A DNA stretch of 64,000 bases from Chiloscyllium plagiosum (GCF_004010195.1 NC_057718.1:10493181-10557180); one strand, 5' to 3'; counted from the first letter of the stretch, positions 52,001 through 62,369 are shown. A program made the numbers and translations. The notes: a model not told the origin generated them from the letters alone.

Positions 52001-55000
52001 AAGGTTAGTGGGGGTGGGTGGCAATGTCATGTTAGAGTACAATCACATTAGTCATGACTTTGTTGAACGCAGCTCATGCTCGATGGGGCAAATGGTTTGC
52101 TCCTAATTTCTATGTTCAGGTGATTCATTCAATATAATTGAAGCAGGCCAGATAGCTAACACACCAGGACCTCTGAACCCATCTTGCTGAAAATGCCAAA
52201 GGAACTTGCTAAAGAATTTAGAAGGGATCCTTTTTGTGCACAATGTGACAGCCACTTATCAAACAATTTATAATTGAGCACAGACCCATTAGTGGGGTGG
52301 CAGGAAATATTCCCCAGAAAGCACTGACAACTGCAAGCATGTTAAAATTCCAGAAATGTTAATTCATTATACGCATTAAGATCGCCTTTTTTTGTAAAGC
52401 TCTATGTTCCTTTCAAAAACAAAAATGCTTAAACAGGAAGGGACAAGAAAACTAAGCAGTAGCTCATCATGATTTACAGCAACATAGCAGGGAAAGAGGA
52501 AACAGTTAGTGATTTGAACTCCAAAAGAATCCAATACTTTGTTTCCTAAGGATTTGAGCAAAAAAGTAGTGGATAAACTAGTGCTCTTTTCAGTAACTGC
52601 TCTTTTCAGTAACTGCTAGATCACTAACTGAAGCATAGCACTAACAAGCAGAAACATTATCTTCCAAGCTGGAAAATGTGTGGCTTACACAAAGTGACAG
52701 CAAATAAAAGCAAAATCCATTGCCAACTGCTTTCAACACTGTAAATGCACACCACCAGTAGTGAAGCAGTTATATTTTACAGAGCCAACGATCACCAACG
52801 CTGAAGAAAGAAACCTCGACCAGCCTGTTGAGACATCCAGCAGACAAGTGCTGACCTTAATGTTGGCAGTGACAAAGAACTCCTGACATAAGCAAAGTTG
52901 AAATTGGTCTTGTTGTTCCTGGTGGGTGCAATTGTGAAGAAGAGACCTTAAACAAATGATGCAGACTGCCGATGGAGGTAGGAGTAATTTCACAGTTCTA
53001 ATATCCAGTTCTTTGAGGAAATGGATGGCGATAACCAAATCATGTTACCAACACAATTTCCCCTGCATTAAGCTCTGTTGAGCTATTAACATCTATAAGG
53101 CTTTACAAAATGACAAAAAAAGATATTGAAACTTTCAACGAAGTGTGGTACATTAGTTGCTTTGATATTTTTTGTGTTAAGTATTAGTGTTTTGATGTCC
53201 TGTCTCAGTAGTTGAAACTACTAGATAATTTGAAATGACAGTTGAAATTGAACAATGAGTTAAAATCAAGAGTAGAGCACAATTCCGGCTATTCCCAGTC
53301 GATTCAAGTCACCGAGCGAGATGAACAAAAATAAAAACTAACTGATTCTGTCAGAACACTGCAATCTATAGAGATAATTTATCAGGTGGAGTTGCAAAGC
53401 TTTATACACATTTCCTGAGTACTTGAGTATTTTTCACAAATTCTACTGACACTGTTATTTGATAAACTTCATCTGAAAACTTACCAGATTGTAAAGAAAC
53501 AAAACATTAAAAAAAATTTCAATACTTATGATTGTCACGGCAAGGTATTTGTTGCAAAAAACTAAGTGGTTAACTCGGCTACTTTAGAGAGCAGTTAAGA
53601 GCTAACCATGTGTGCAGCTCAGCAGTCAACTGCAGACCAAACCAGTTAAGGACAGTAGGTTTCCTTCACCAAAAGACATTCGTGAACTCATTGGATTTTT
53701 ATAACAGTTGATGATCAACACTGAGACTAGCTTTCAATTACATAACAGAATTTAAGCTACACCAGCTGCTGTGGTGGGATTTGAACCAATGTCCTAACAC
53801 CCTTAACCCCGGCTTCTGGATTGCTAGATTACCATTACCATTGTACCAGCACCTTCCCCTTACTTGAATCACACTGTCAATGAATGCTGTACTCAAATTA
53901 GTTTTTCTTAACAAAACAATTATTGCCTGTCCAGAACAGGCAAGTCAGTAGGAATTCCCTCTTGTAGAACATCACCTCTACATTTCATGGTGTAGCCACA
54001 TAAACCAAGTTATTTCCAAAGTTGGTCACTAAACTGAACTGCAAACAACCAGACATGATTGGAATAGAATTAAAAACTTCACAGCCCTTTCAGGTATGAA
54101 GTATACACTATAAGTCAAGCTTTGTGACCGGATTTTTATCTTTCAAATCATAATTTTATTGATCTAGTGCGGAGGTCATTTATTTCTTATTTTACACTCG
54201 ACTACTTGTCAGATGCATTATTTAACCTTACTCATTGACATCTGTAGCAATCATTCTACTGAAAAAACATCCATCATCAGGCTCAGTATATTTATTATTC
54301 TTGATCTTTTTTTTCCTCTTTGCATTTTTAAAGATTCTATATTTTCACAAAGGAATTAGATATAGCTGTTAGGGTATGGGGAGAAAGCAGGAACAGAGAA
54401 TGGAGTTACATCATATTAAATGGCACAGCCTTCTTGAAGGGCCAAATAGCTTACTCCTTCTTTTTCTATGTTTCTATCATAGCACACTTACCCTAAAGGA
54501 AAATACTGCAGATGCTGAAAATATGAAACAAGAACACAGTTGGAAAAACTCAGGTGGTTAGGCAGCTATGAGAAGTGAAATAGAAGTAACCTTCCATGAG
54601 AACCCCAAAAGTAAGAATCATGACAACCCTCTTTGATTATGGTTGTTATAATCTTTACCCGCTCCAGTAGGATTTAGTGTGCCAGGTTATGACATATCAA
54701 TTAAGTGCTCACCTGTGAAATGTGGGCAGTTTGATCATGCTTGTGTGATTGACAATGAAGAGTTTCACTACACAGATCACAAAGTGCAATCTGAAAACAG
54801 CAGAGAATGCTAGAAAGTATGCTATGGATTAATATCTAGCATAAAGATGGCGATATCAATTTTTGAAAGTTGTGCATTCCTAAATACTGCGAACATTGGA
54901 TCCTGTCTTCATTCACTCAAATCGAACGTAAATGGGAGACACGAAACAACTTTTTCAACACAATCTGAACGCTTTGGGTACAGCAAGCCACGTATTTTTT

Positions 55001-55438
55001 GATCAAGCACTTGCTTAAACCGAACACATGCCTCTTGCAAACCGAAGTGTTGCCTCTTGTGTTTCCTCCACGAGGTATCACTGGACTTGCTCCTCGGAGC
55101 GATTTACATTGATTCAGAGTCGAACACAGGGAGGAGGATCATTCATTCACAACCGACTGCAAACCAACACAAACGAACAATCGCCTCGATCGCGAGAAGG
55201 GTTTCACAAAGGTATCTGAGCAAAAACACGCAGGCACACGAGAAATCCGCGCAGGACCGGGCGAAGCCCACAGTACAAGGCCCCTTGCTGATAACGCGTG
55301 TTGATGCGTGTGGATTCATTCACTCACCTCCATGGAGACCCGCCAACCTTGCATGGCGGAAACGCCAAAGTTGTATCTGTCGGTGCATTGCTCGCAGGAG
55401 TTCTTCACTGTATTGGGTTGCGACAGGTAAGCACCCAT
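10828..55438 (-). CDS. PPM1G: Protein phosphatase 1G (PP2C-gamma), complete 10-exon gene, 561 aa
   Basis: Exons of 111/70/86/127/509/132/235/130/103/183 nt join in frame (1686 nt); MGAYLS N-terminus, PP2C motifs SMEDAH, DGHGG, NAGDSR, ACDGIW, DNMT; central acidic insert; basic C-terminus. Confidence 0.97.
11940..12566. repeat. Possible solo LTR-like element
   Basis: Non-coding block ending ...GTCCATAATAACA with LTR-like composition; no clear TSD. Confidence 0.3.
13071..13173 (-). CDS. PPM1G: PPM1G exon 9
   Basis: ttttcag|[13 protein letters not shown]...SSISEE|gtaggt, 103 nt. Confidence 0.95.
13738..13950 (+). mobile_element. HE1-like SINE, internally deleted
   Basis: HE1 head, partial V-domain, AATCT tail. 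Confidence 0.75.
14140..14265 (-). mobile_element. Short tRNA-derived SINE (further copy at about 15795-15910)
   Basis: Reverse complement of the unit repeated at 48810-49280; A-box/B-box-like head. Confidence 0.6.
14870..15080. mobile_element. Tigger-like MITE remnant
   Basis: TA-CAGGCAGTCC..GGTTATGAAC terminus with a degenerate inverted partner. Confidence 0.4.
16280..16450. repeat. Inverted Penelope-like terminal repeat remnant
   Basis: GAGAAACTCA..AGGT.TGGCAGCAT arm and its reverse complement. Confidence 0.5.
17035..17164 (-). CDS. PPM1G: PPM1G exon 8
   Basis: [22 protein letters not shown]...IACDGI; AG/GT boundaries, 130 nt. Confidence 0.95.
18092..18326 (-). CDS. PPM1G: PPM1G exon 7
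   Basis: [13 protein letters not shown]...NAGDSRC...DHKP...[13 protein letters not shown]; 235 nt. Confidence 0.96.
19135..19266 (-). CDS. PPM1G: PPM1G exon 6 (acidic)
   Basis: [15 protein letters not shown]...[10 protein letters not shown]|gtaggc; 132 nt. Confidence 0.93.
20480..21650 (+). mobile_element. CR1 ORF2/3' fragment interrupted by a Penelope terminal repeat
   Basis: [23 protein letters not shown]; insertion flanked by AGTTGGGCTTA. Confidence 0.85.
22900..24080 (-). mobile_element. Decayed pogo (POGK-like) DNA transposase
   Basis: [17 protein letters not shown] (HTH), [34 protein letters not shown]; multiple stops and frameshifts. Confidence 0.8.
24130..24245 (-). mobile_element. 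Penelope terminal repeat (family B) with hammerhead core
   Basis: Minus strand CTGATGAAGGAGCAGCATTCCGAAAGCTAG. Confidence 0.6.
24290..25180 (-). mobile_element. CR1 (HER1-like) 3' fragment
   Basis: ORF 24687-25160 WQMEFN.DKCEV.HFG...[11 protein letters not shown]1 tail. Confidence 0.9.
27220..27900 (-). mobile_element. Decayed CR1 fragment
   Basis: SYE..LQKL.LF....[12 protein letters not shown]. Confidence 0.7.
28191..28699 (-). CDS. PPM1G: PPM1G exon 5
   Basis: [25 protein letters not shown]...[11 protein letters not shown]; 509 nt; AG/GT. Confidence 0.95.
29458..29780. mobile_element. Penelope-like fragment with inverted terminal repeat
   Basis: GTTGTGGGTATGTTCGCTGAGCTGGGAATTTGG is inverted at about 29700-29735; decayed hammerhead-like core. 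Confidence 0.6.
29790..31595 (+). mobile_element. CR1/L2-clade LINE remnant (second family) with 3' tail
   Basis: [23 protein letters not shown] motifs; tail ATGCTGGC...GCCCACATCCCAT. Confidence 0.75.
32214..32340 (-). CDS. PPM1G: PPM1G exon 4
   Basis: [13 protein letters not shown]...[10 protein letters not shown]...KVADEDD; 127 nt. Confidence 0.95.
32367..32660 (-). mobile_element. HE1-like V-SINE abutting the exon 4 acceptor
   Basis: Head, V-domain and (AATCT)n tail. Confidence 0.88.
35140..36755 (+). mobile_element. CR1 ORF2 3' portion, decayed
   Basis: [29 protein letters not shown]1 tail. Confidence 0.9.
36770..37465 (+). mobile_element. L1-clade LINE 3' end
   Basis: ARKNII..W....PP C-terminal motif, T-rich 3' UTR, AATAAA at 37441 and A-rich tail. 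Confidence 0.7.
37470..37905 (+). mobile_element. CR1 3' fragment
   Basis: CR1 ORF2 end plus tail. Confidence 0.8.
38180..38265 (-). CDS. PPM1G: PPM1G exon 3
   Basis: [16 protein letters not shown]...GKLQK|gtatga; 86 nt. Confidence 0.95.
38490..38830 (-). mobile_element. Deu-domain SINE (SacSINE1-like); second copy at about 53570-53850
   Basis: GGTAAGGATGGCAGTTTCCTTCCCTAAAAGGACATTAGTGAACCAG matches the recalled Deu domain (reverse strand); tRNA-like head. Confidence 0.7.
39060..39900 (-). mobile_element. Decayed CR1 fragment
   Basis: YCVQ.WSPH.RKD...LE.MQRKFT. Confidence 0.75.
39343..39378 (+). ncRNA. Minimal type I hammerhead ribozyme motif in a 98-bp Penelope terminal-repeat insertion
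   Basis: ATTC-CTGAAGA-A-GGGC-CTGT-GCCC-GAAACGTC-GAAT; 15-bp TSD at 39323-39337 and 39436-39450. Confidence 0.7.
39966..40021. repeat. (CA)n microsatellite
   Basis: Direct reading. Confidence 0.98.
41439..41508 (-). CDS. PPM1G: PPM1G exon 2
   Basis: [23 protein letters not shown]; 70 nt. Confidence 0.96.
41623..43925 (-). mobile_element. Penelope-like retroelement (family A), truncated and decayed
   Basis: [26 protein letters not shown] motifs; hammerhead-bearing terminal repeat; 14-bp TSD CTTCAACAGATTAC at 41609 and 43926. Confidence 0.9.
44430..45780 (+). mobile_element. CR1 ORF2 fragment spanning the assembly gap
   Basis: [28 protein letters not shown]. Confidence 0.88.
45228..45401. 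other. Assembly gap (174 N)
   Basis: Run of N. Confidence 1.
46531..47632 (+). mobile_element. Penelope-like retroelement (family C) 3' part with GIY-YIG endonuclease
   Basis: RYMDDTF, NVIYKI.CKDC....GQTGR...RIHEH; short inverted terminal repeat at the 5' end; 13-bp TSD CAACAGCAAATAT at 46518 and 47633. Confidence 0.9.
47555..47594 (+). ncRNA. Minimal type I hammerhead motif (family C)
   Basis: CCA-CTGAAGA-T-stem II-GAAACGTC-TGG; stem II has one mismatch and wobbles. Confidence 0.55.
48810..49280 (+). repeat. Three tandem copies of a short tRNA-derived SINE
   Basis: Unit TGGTGCAGTGG...GGTTCAAGTCC...GTGTAATAACATCTCTGAACAGGTT at about 48810, 48945 and 49166. Confidence 0.7.
49335..50511 (+). 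repeat. 74-bp perfect direct repeat (49335-49408 and 50438-50511)
   Basis: Direct reading. Confidence 0.9.
50150..52800 (+). mobile_element. Highly decayed Tigger/TIGD-like transposase relic
   Basis: Collinear degenerate motifs: [36 protein letters not shown]. Confidence 0.55.
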
Positions 55439-56500
55439 ACTGCTGCTTCCCCCCCTCCTTCCTCCTCCTCTTTCTTCTTCCTCCTCCAAGCAGCAGTACC
55501 TCCTCCGCCACTACTACTACCTGCTCCTGAAGGTGGTGGTAAAGAGAAGCGGGATTGGGATGCGGGGGTGCGGGGGCGGGGGGGGGAAGAGGCGGATGGG
55601 GTTCGATCCGCCTTTTGTTTTTCCGCTGGAGAGAGAGGAAGAGAAGGGCCAGAGAGACAAGCGAAACGATGCTGGTGGAGCACTCTTTGACAGGGGAGAG
55701 AGAGAGAGAGAGAGAGAGTGTGTGTATTGGGTGGGAGGTTCAAGGGGAGGGGGATGGTGGGGAGACGCGGCTCAGGCGCATGCGTGATGGGGGTGTGGGC
55801 GGGGCGGGAAGGGGAGTCGGCGCGCGCCAACCGCTGGTCACCAGGGTAACCGCGGCCTAGCGGGCTCGACCCCAGCGTCCGCCCACTGCAGAAAGGGAAC
55901 GAAAACAAAACCCCGCACTAACCACCACCTCCCTCCCCCAACCTTTTCTGAAGAGAAGTTATCTCTCTTGGTTTCCTCCTCCCCCGGCAAAAAAAAAACG
56001 AGCAAGAGACGGAAGTTCGGATTTCTTCCTCTCACACAATCACTTAGGATTGTATAATGTTTATAAGTGGATCTTAATCCCCGGCAGTGCCGAGAACTTT
56101 GACTAACTTCGAATCGATTTTAATCCTTATTTGAGAAAAGGTAATGTGGGGGGTGGGGGGACTGGAGGGACAAAACGATGGGGAGTGGAAAGGCCAAAGG
56201 CAACCGCGGGCCACGTGACATTCAAACGCCATGGCGGCCTGCTATGTCACTTCCTGGAACTGGTGTCGGCGAAGCGCGGGATTTCGCCCTCACCGGAAGC
56301 CTTCTTGAGAGAACTCTACATGGCGTACCTCTCTGCGTTCAGAGCTGTTTGTAGCTTCATATGATTTGTCGGGTCAGTCCGGCTGACAGTAATGAAGGAA
56401 ATGTGCGGTTAAGCATGTGACTGCATTTGCGAGGATGCAGAGGGCTCTTGTGGCACGATGGAGGTGCCCCCGCGTTTGGGTCAGGAGGCCTGTCTGCTCC
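55000..56500. promoter_or_regulatory. CpG island / PPM1G promoter
   Basis: High CpG density; NRF1-like GCGCATGCG 55776, GC boxes about 55797-55806, X-box-like GTCACCAGGGTAAC 55837-55850, E-box 56212, ETS cores. Confidence 0.85.
55328..55438 (-). CDS. PPM1G: PPM1G exon 1 (coding part)
   Basis: [12 protein letters not shown]...[11 protein letters not shown]|gtgagt; 111 nt. Confidence 0.96.
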
Positions 56501-56984
56501 AGAGGGATTTGGTAGACAAGCTGGGTGCTGGGAGAACACAGCAAGGCAGGCAGCATCAGGAGATGGAGAAGTTGATATTTCTAGTGTAATCTGTATGGTA
56601 GCATCTCTGAACAGATTTGATTAGAAAATATACCAGATGCCGTCTTAAAATATTTAAAATTTAAGAACAGGTTCTTCCCGCCAATTTCAGACTTATAAGC
56701 AGACCTCTCATTAGAGTTGACCTTTCTCTGCACCTTCTCTGTAGCGTGTTCTGCACTCTATTATGCTGATGTACTTATGTAAGTTTTGATTTATCTACTT
56801 AACATGCAAAGCAATACTTTTCACTTTATTTTGGTACAAGTGACAATAATAAATCAAATCAATAAAGCTGGTCCAGGTCTTGAAAAACAGAGGATGCAGA
56901 GGACACCTACCAAGATATTGTCTAGGCTGAAGAGATTCAGCTGTGAAGAAGGAATAGATAAGCTGGGGTTGTTTTACTTTGAGC

Positions 56985-57377
56985 TGAAAAATGTGTTGCT
57001 GGAAAAGCGCAGCATCAAAGGAGCAGGAGAATCGAAGTTTCGGGCATAAGCCCTTCAGGAATGGAATTGACGGGAGGCATGGACCCCCAAATACTTTGGC
57101 TTCGTGATGGGCGCACGAGGCAAGTGGCTGGATATGAGTAACCACCTCATGAAATTCCTTGGAAGCGAGAGATACGATACATTCGCCCAAAAGACATCAA
57201 GACTCACTCTGTCACTGACACTTGAACTCTTACAAATCTTCAGTGACTCTTCCTGAAGAAGGGATAATGCCCAAAAAGTTGATTCTCCTGCTTTGATGCT
57301 GCCTGACCTGCTGCGCTTTTCCAGCAACACATTTTTCAGCTCTGATCTCCAGCATCTGCAGTCCTCACTTTCTCCTA
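56985..57377. mobile_element. Inverted Penelope terminal repeats enclosing an R2-like ORF fragment
   Basis: 17-bp flanking duplication GTTGTTTTACTTTGAGC at 56968 and 57378; internal 57064-57256 encodes FGFVMGARGKW. Confidence 0.75.
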
Positions 57378-58456
57378 GTTGTTTTACTTTGAGCAGAGTC
57401 GATTAGAACATAGAACAATACAGTCAAGTATAGGCCCTTTGGCCCACAATGTGGTGCCGAGCATTTAACTTAATCTAAGATCAACCTAACCTACACCCCC
57501 CCCCCCCCAATTTACTGCTGTCCATGTGCTTGTCCAGCAGTTCCTTAAATGTCCCTAATGTCTCTGATTCTACTACCACTGCTGACAGTGCATTCCATTC
57601 ACCAACTGAGGTGAAAGTGAGGACTGCAGATGCTCGAGATTAGAGCTGAGAGTGTGGTGCTGGAAAAGCGCAGCTTGAAAATCGATATTTCGGGCAAAAG
57701 CCCTTCATCAGGAATGAGGCTGGGAGCCTCTGGGATGGAGAAATAATTGGATCTACCTCTGACATCTATACTTTCCTCCAATCACCTTAAAATTATGACC
57801 CCTTGTGACAGCCATTTCTGCCCTGGGGAAAAGTCTCTGGCTATTTACTCTATCTATGCCTCTCATCACCTCCATCAAGTAACCCCTCTTCCTTCTTCTC
57901 TCCTAGCTTACTCAACCTCTCTTTATAAGACAAGCCCTCCAATCTAGGCAGCATCCTGGTAAATCTTCTCTGAATCATCTACAAGGGATTGAGGGGGGCG
58001 GGGAGGTGGGAAACCTGAGGTGTACTAACTTCTGAGGGATGTACACAAGGTAGCTACAGAAAAGCATTTAAACTTAGTAAAGAGATCAGTAATGAGAGAC
58101 ACAGGAGGTTTAGAGAGAATTTGAGGAATGCTTTTCATCCAGAGGTTGTGGGCGTCTGGGACTCACTACCTAAAAGATTGGTGAGAGTGGGAATCCTTAA
58201 GACATTTCAGAACTATTTAGATGAACACTTGAGACACCAGAGCACACATGTCTATGGGCCATTTGCTGTAAAAAGGGGTTGGGATAAATGGATCTTTGAT
58301 GACTGACATGAACACGATGGGCTGAAGGGCCTTTTTCCTCATGTAAAAACTTTTAAAGTAGTATAAGGTTAGGCAACCGTTGAACTCAATTTTAAGCCAT
58401 GTTTTTCTCTTCATAGACGATGACAGAGATTTGTGTTTCTCCAGCACTTTGTTTTT

Positions 58457-58845
58457 AGGGTGGCACAGTGGTTAGCACTGCTGCCTCACAGCACCAGGGT
58501 CCCAGGTTCAATTCCACCAAGAAGGGCTTATGCCCGAAACGTCGATTCTCCTGTTCCCTGGATGCTGCCTGACCTGCTGCGCTTTTCCAGCAACACATTT
58601 CCAGCTCAATTCCACCCTCGGGCAACTGTCTGTGTGGAGTTTGCACATTCTCCCGGTGTCTGTGTGGATTTCCTCCCACAGGCACAAAGATATGCAGGCT
58701 AGGTGAATTGGTTGTGTTAAATATCCATAGCGTTAGGTGCATTAGTCAGAGGGAGGTGGGTCTGGGTGGGTTGCTCTTTGGAAGGTCGGTGTGAACTTGT
58801 TGGGCTGAAGAGCCTATTTCCACACTGTAGGTAATCTAATCTCAG
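58457..58845 (+). mobile_element. HE1-like SINE carrying an 87-bp Penelope terminal-repeat insertion
   Basis: TSD TCAATTCCACC at 58508 and 58606. Confidence 0.85.
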
Positions 58846-58915
58846 ATTTTATTTAATTTCTCCAGCAGTCACAGTATTTTGCTTTTGATACAGTACGAGG
58901 CTTACTTCTGTCATC

Positions 58916-59103
58916 GAGGAGAAAGTGAGGGCTGGAGATCAGAGCTGAAAATGTGTTGCTGGAAAAGCGCAGCAGGTCAGGCAGCATCCAAGGAACAGGA
59001 GAATCGACGTTTCGGGCATAAGCCCTTCTTCCAAAACGTCGATTCTCCTGTTCCTTGGATGCTGCCTGACCTGCTGCGCTTTTCCAGCAACACATTTTCA
59101 GCT
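58916..59103. mobile_element. Inverted Penelope terminal-repeat pair (family A)
   Basis: Near-perfect inverted repeat; 15-bp TSD CTTACTTCTGTCATC at 58901 and 59104. Confidence 0.85.
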
Positions 59104-60724
59104 CTTACTTCTGTCATCCAAAGGAATGGACTTATTTTTCGAAGAAATTGTAAATTTAGTCCAAGAGGCATAAGCTTTCCAGATCATTACTGATATGGTC
59201 AGCTGTTAGGATGAATGGAGAGTCATATTATAACATAACCCTTTTTTGCTTTAATAAATTGTCAATAATCTAAACAAAACATATGTAGATGCCGGCAATT
59301 CTGAAATTAGAACATAAAAAAATGGAAATTCTTAGGTCATATGAACAAGGATAAAGACTAGGAGAAAGTGAAGACTGCAGATGCTGGAGATCAGAGTCAA
59401 AAGTGTGCTGCTGGAAAAGCACAGCTGGTCAGACAGCAACGGAGGAGCAGGAGAATCAACGTTTCTGGCATAAGGCCCTTCATCAGGAATTCTCCTGCTC
59501 CTAGGATGCTGCCTGACCGGTTGTGCTTTTCCAGTAAGGAATAAGAGTAGGCCACTTGGTCCTGTCAGTTTGCTTAGCCATTCAATAAGATCATGGCTGA
59601 TATGTTTAACCTAAACTGTACATTCCTGCATATTCTCGATAATCTTTTATCTCCTTGGTAATCAAGCATATATTTATCTCTGTTTTAAAGAAATTCAAGG
59701 ATTCTGCATCTATTGCATTTTGAGAAAGAAAATGACAAAGGTTCTCAACCCTCAGAGAAAAAAATGTTTCCTCATCTCATAACTAGATTCCTGCTTATTT
59801 TTAACCTATGACTCTTAGTTCCAGAATCTCCCACAAGAGCAAACACTTTTTCAACAGCCACCCAGTCAAGTTCCCTCAGGATCTTATATGTTTTGATTAA
59901 GTTAGCCCTGACTCTTCTAAATTCAGAGAATACAGGCCTAGCCTGTCTAGCCTTTCCTCAAGGCAATCTGCTCATAACGTGTTTTGATTGTGATCTGGCC
60001 TGAAATTAGATAGTTAAAGCAATAAACTAGTTCCTTTTGTTAAGTCAGACATTATCTACTTGCAAATGTACATTTGAGAAGAATTATTTAAAGGGATGGG
60101 AAATTGTATTTTGGGTCTCAAGGGTTTCAATTGGAAGCGATGACAGAACAAATCTGGAAACTTTTTTTTAAATGGAAAATAAATATGACAGGCAACATTT
60201 ATGGAGAGAAACAATTAATGTTTCAGTTTGATCATTTATCAAGTCCAAGCCTGTTCCTGCCTCCACAGATGTTGCCTGATGTGATGAGTAAGACCTTTAG
60301 ACCTGGGAGTAGAAGTTGGCTATTCACGTCATCAGCATCAGATTATTGCATATAATAATCCACAACTCCACTTTCCTGCCTTTTCCTTATAATTCTTGAT
60401 TCCCTTACTGGTTAAAAATTTGTCTCTTTCAGTCTCAGCTGGGGGAGTATTTGAGGCAGGAATCCTCATCCATGTACTTGGGTGAGGACTTGAAATGTCA
60501 TAACAAGCCGATTGCACATTGACATCTGATTCCAATGTTGTTGCTGCATGCAACCATAAGGAAGTCAGAGAAATGCTACTCAGAGAAAAAAACCTTAATG
60601 CCTCGGCGACTTTGAGTAAAGAAATCAGAACTACTCTGTGACTTAAACTCAGGACTGCTTGCTTACAAATTCAGTACAAAATCTCTAAATGAAATTCACA
60701 TCCAGTTCCTTTGTGAAACTGTAA

Positions 60725-61165
60725 ATACAATAGTCCCCCTGAACCCGTGGGGGATATGTTCCATGACCTACCGCAGATAGGAGCAAGCCCATTCATTTCA
60801 ATGGGAAACGTAACTTCCCGGCAGCCTTCTGGTCCCTGGTTCTGGAAGGTTCCTATAGTATGTTTGGGCTGCAGATAACTGAAACTGTGGATATGGGAGT
60901 CGCCCTGTATTCATTTAAAATGAAATGTGGAGAATCAGCCTTTTTATACGTATCTCTGTTTTTCAAACGTTCGCTTTACGCCACATCTCTTTTATGAAAG
61001 ATCCACATTAGTGCCTGTTTTCACAAATACAAAGAGGATTTTCGCTTTTACGAAAAATGATGAAATTTTTCCCATAGAGATCGTGCATCTTCGCTTTATG
61101 CCATTTTCAGCTTATGAAAGGTTTCCTGGGAACGCTTTACTTTTGGATAACGGGGGATACCTGTA
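60725..61165. mobile_element. Two Tigger-like MITE remnants
   Basis: TA-CA.TAGTCCCCC...GGGGATATGTTCCA start and CCTGTA-ending termini. Confidence 0.5.
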
Positions 61166-61199
61166 TCATAGAAAATAAATTATGTTGAACAAACTGAGA

Positions 61200-61820
61200 A
61201 TAGATTTTGACATACCAAGATAAAAGGATAAGTACAGTGAAAAGCTGTGTTTGTAAGCAGTACAGGCATATCATAGTAACCCAGGTGGAAAAAAAAATCT
61301 TTGACCAAGTAAGGCTGCAGGATGTACAGGAAGCAACATTACCAAGATCAGAATTATTTGAAATTAGTCCATTCATCAGTCTAATAATGGCAGGGAAGAA
61401 GCTGTTCTTGAACCTGCTGGTGCGTGTGTTCAAGTTTCTGTATCTTGTGACTGATGAAAGAGATGATAGGAGAGCATTACTGGGGTGGGAAGTTGACAGC
61501 CTTTCTGTGGCAATGAGAAGTGAAAATGGAATCCTTGCATGGGTGGTTGGCTTTCGTGATAGTCTGGGCCGTGCACAGTACCTTCTGTAGTTTCTTAATG
61601 TCCTGGGCATAGCAGTTGCCATACCAGGCTGTTATTTACCCAGACAGTATACTTTCTGTGGTGCATATGTGAAAATTGGTAAAGGTCTTTATGAACATGC
61701 TGAATTTCCTGAGACACTTGAGGAAGAAGCATTGCTGTGCCTTCTTGACCATCGCATTTATGTGGAAGTCCAGGACAGATTCTCAGTTATCGTCACTCCT
61801 AGGAACTTGATGCTCTTAAC
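61200..61820 (-). mobile_element. Rex1/Babar-like LINE 3' fragment
   Basis: RYRNLNTRTSRFKNSFFPAIIRLMN. Confidence 0.8.
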
Positions 61821-62369
61821 CTCCAAAATTAGAGAGTGCGGTGTTAAAGTATTTGCAAAATAAAGATGATTCAAGAACAAAATGCTTTCATAGTATGAAT
61901 GGAATGCACTGTCTGGAAGTATGGAGTCAGGTTCAAGTTGAGACTTTCAAGATGGTGTGAGATGACACTTCACCAGCTCTGATCAAGAGTCATCTACACT
62001 TGAAACATTAGCTAGCTGTCACTCCATGGATGATGTGTGACCTGCTGTGATCTCCAGTATTTGTTGTTTTCAGTATGAGATAGCAATTTGAATAGCAATA
62101 AAAAGTGGATGGAAAATGTAGAATGATTCATACAGAGAGCTAGCGTGCTGATGAAGGGCTGAATAGCCTCTTCCTGCAGAGTAATCAATTCTAAGAGCAA
62201 TTGCATTTATTGGCAGTGGCACTCAACTGATCAAACTGAAAATAGTCTCTATCCAGATAACAGTTAAAAATCACACAACACCAGGTTATAGTCCAACAGG
62301 TTTATTTGGAAGCATTAGGTTTCAGAGCACTGCTCCTTCATCAGTTAGCTGTAGAGCAGAACCACAAGA

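Noticed and set aside
55028..56035. Multiple overlapping ORFs in the CpG island
   Set aside because: GC-rich, low-complexity and stop-poor sequence; only PPM1G exon 1 has homology support
57063..57073. GGAATTGACGG resembling a conserved SSU rRNA motif
   Set aside because: Only 11 nt; flanks are not rRNA-like and are better explained as R2-like coding sequence
56985..59540. Recurrent repeat units resembling a CRISPR-like array
   Set aside because: Eukaryotic DNA; irregular spacing, inversions and TSDs identify Penelope terminal repeats
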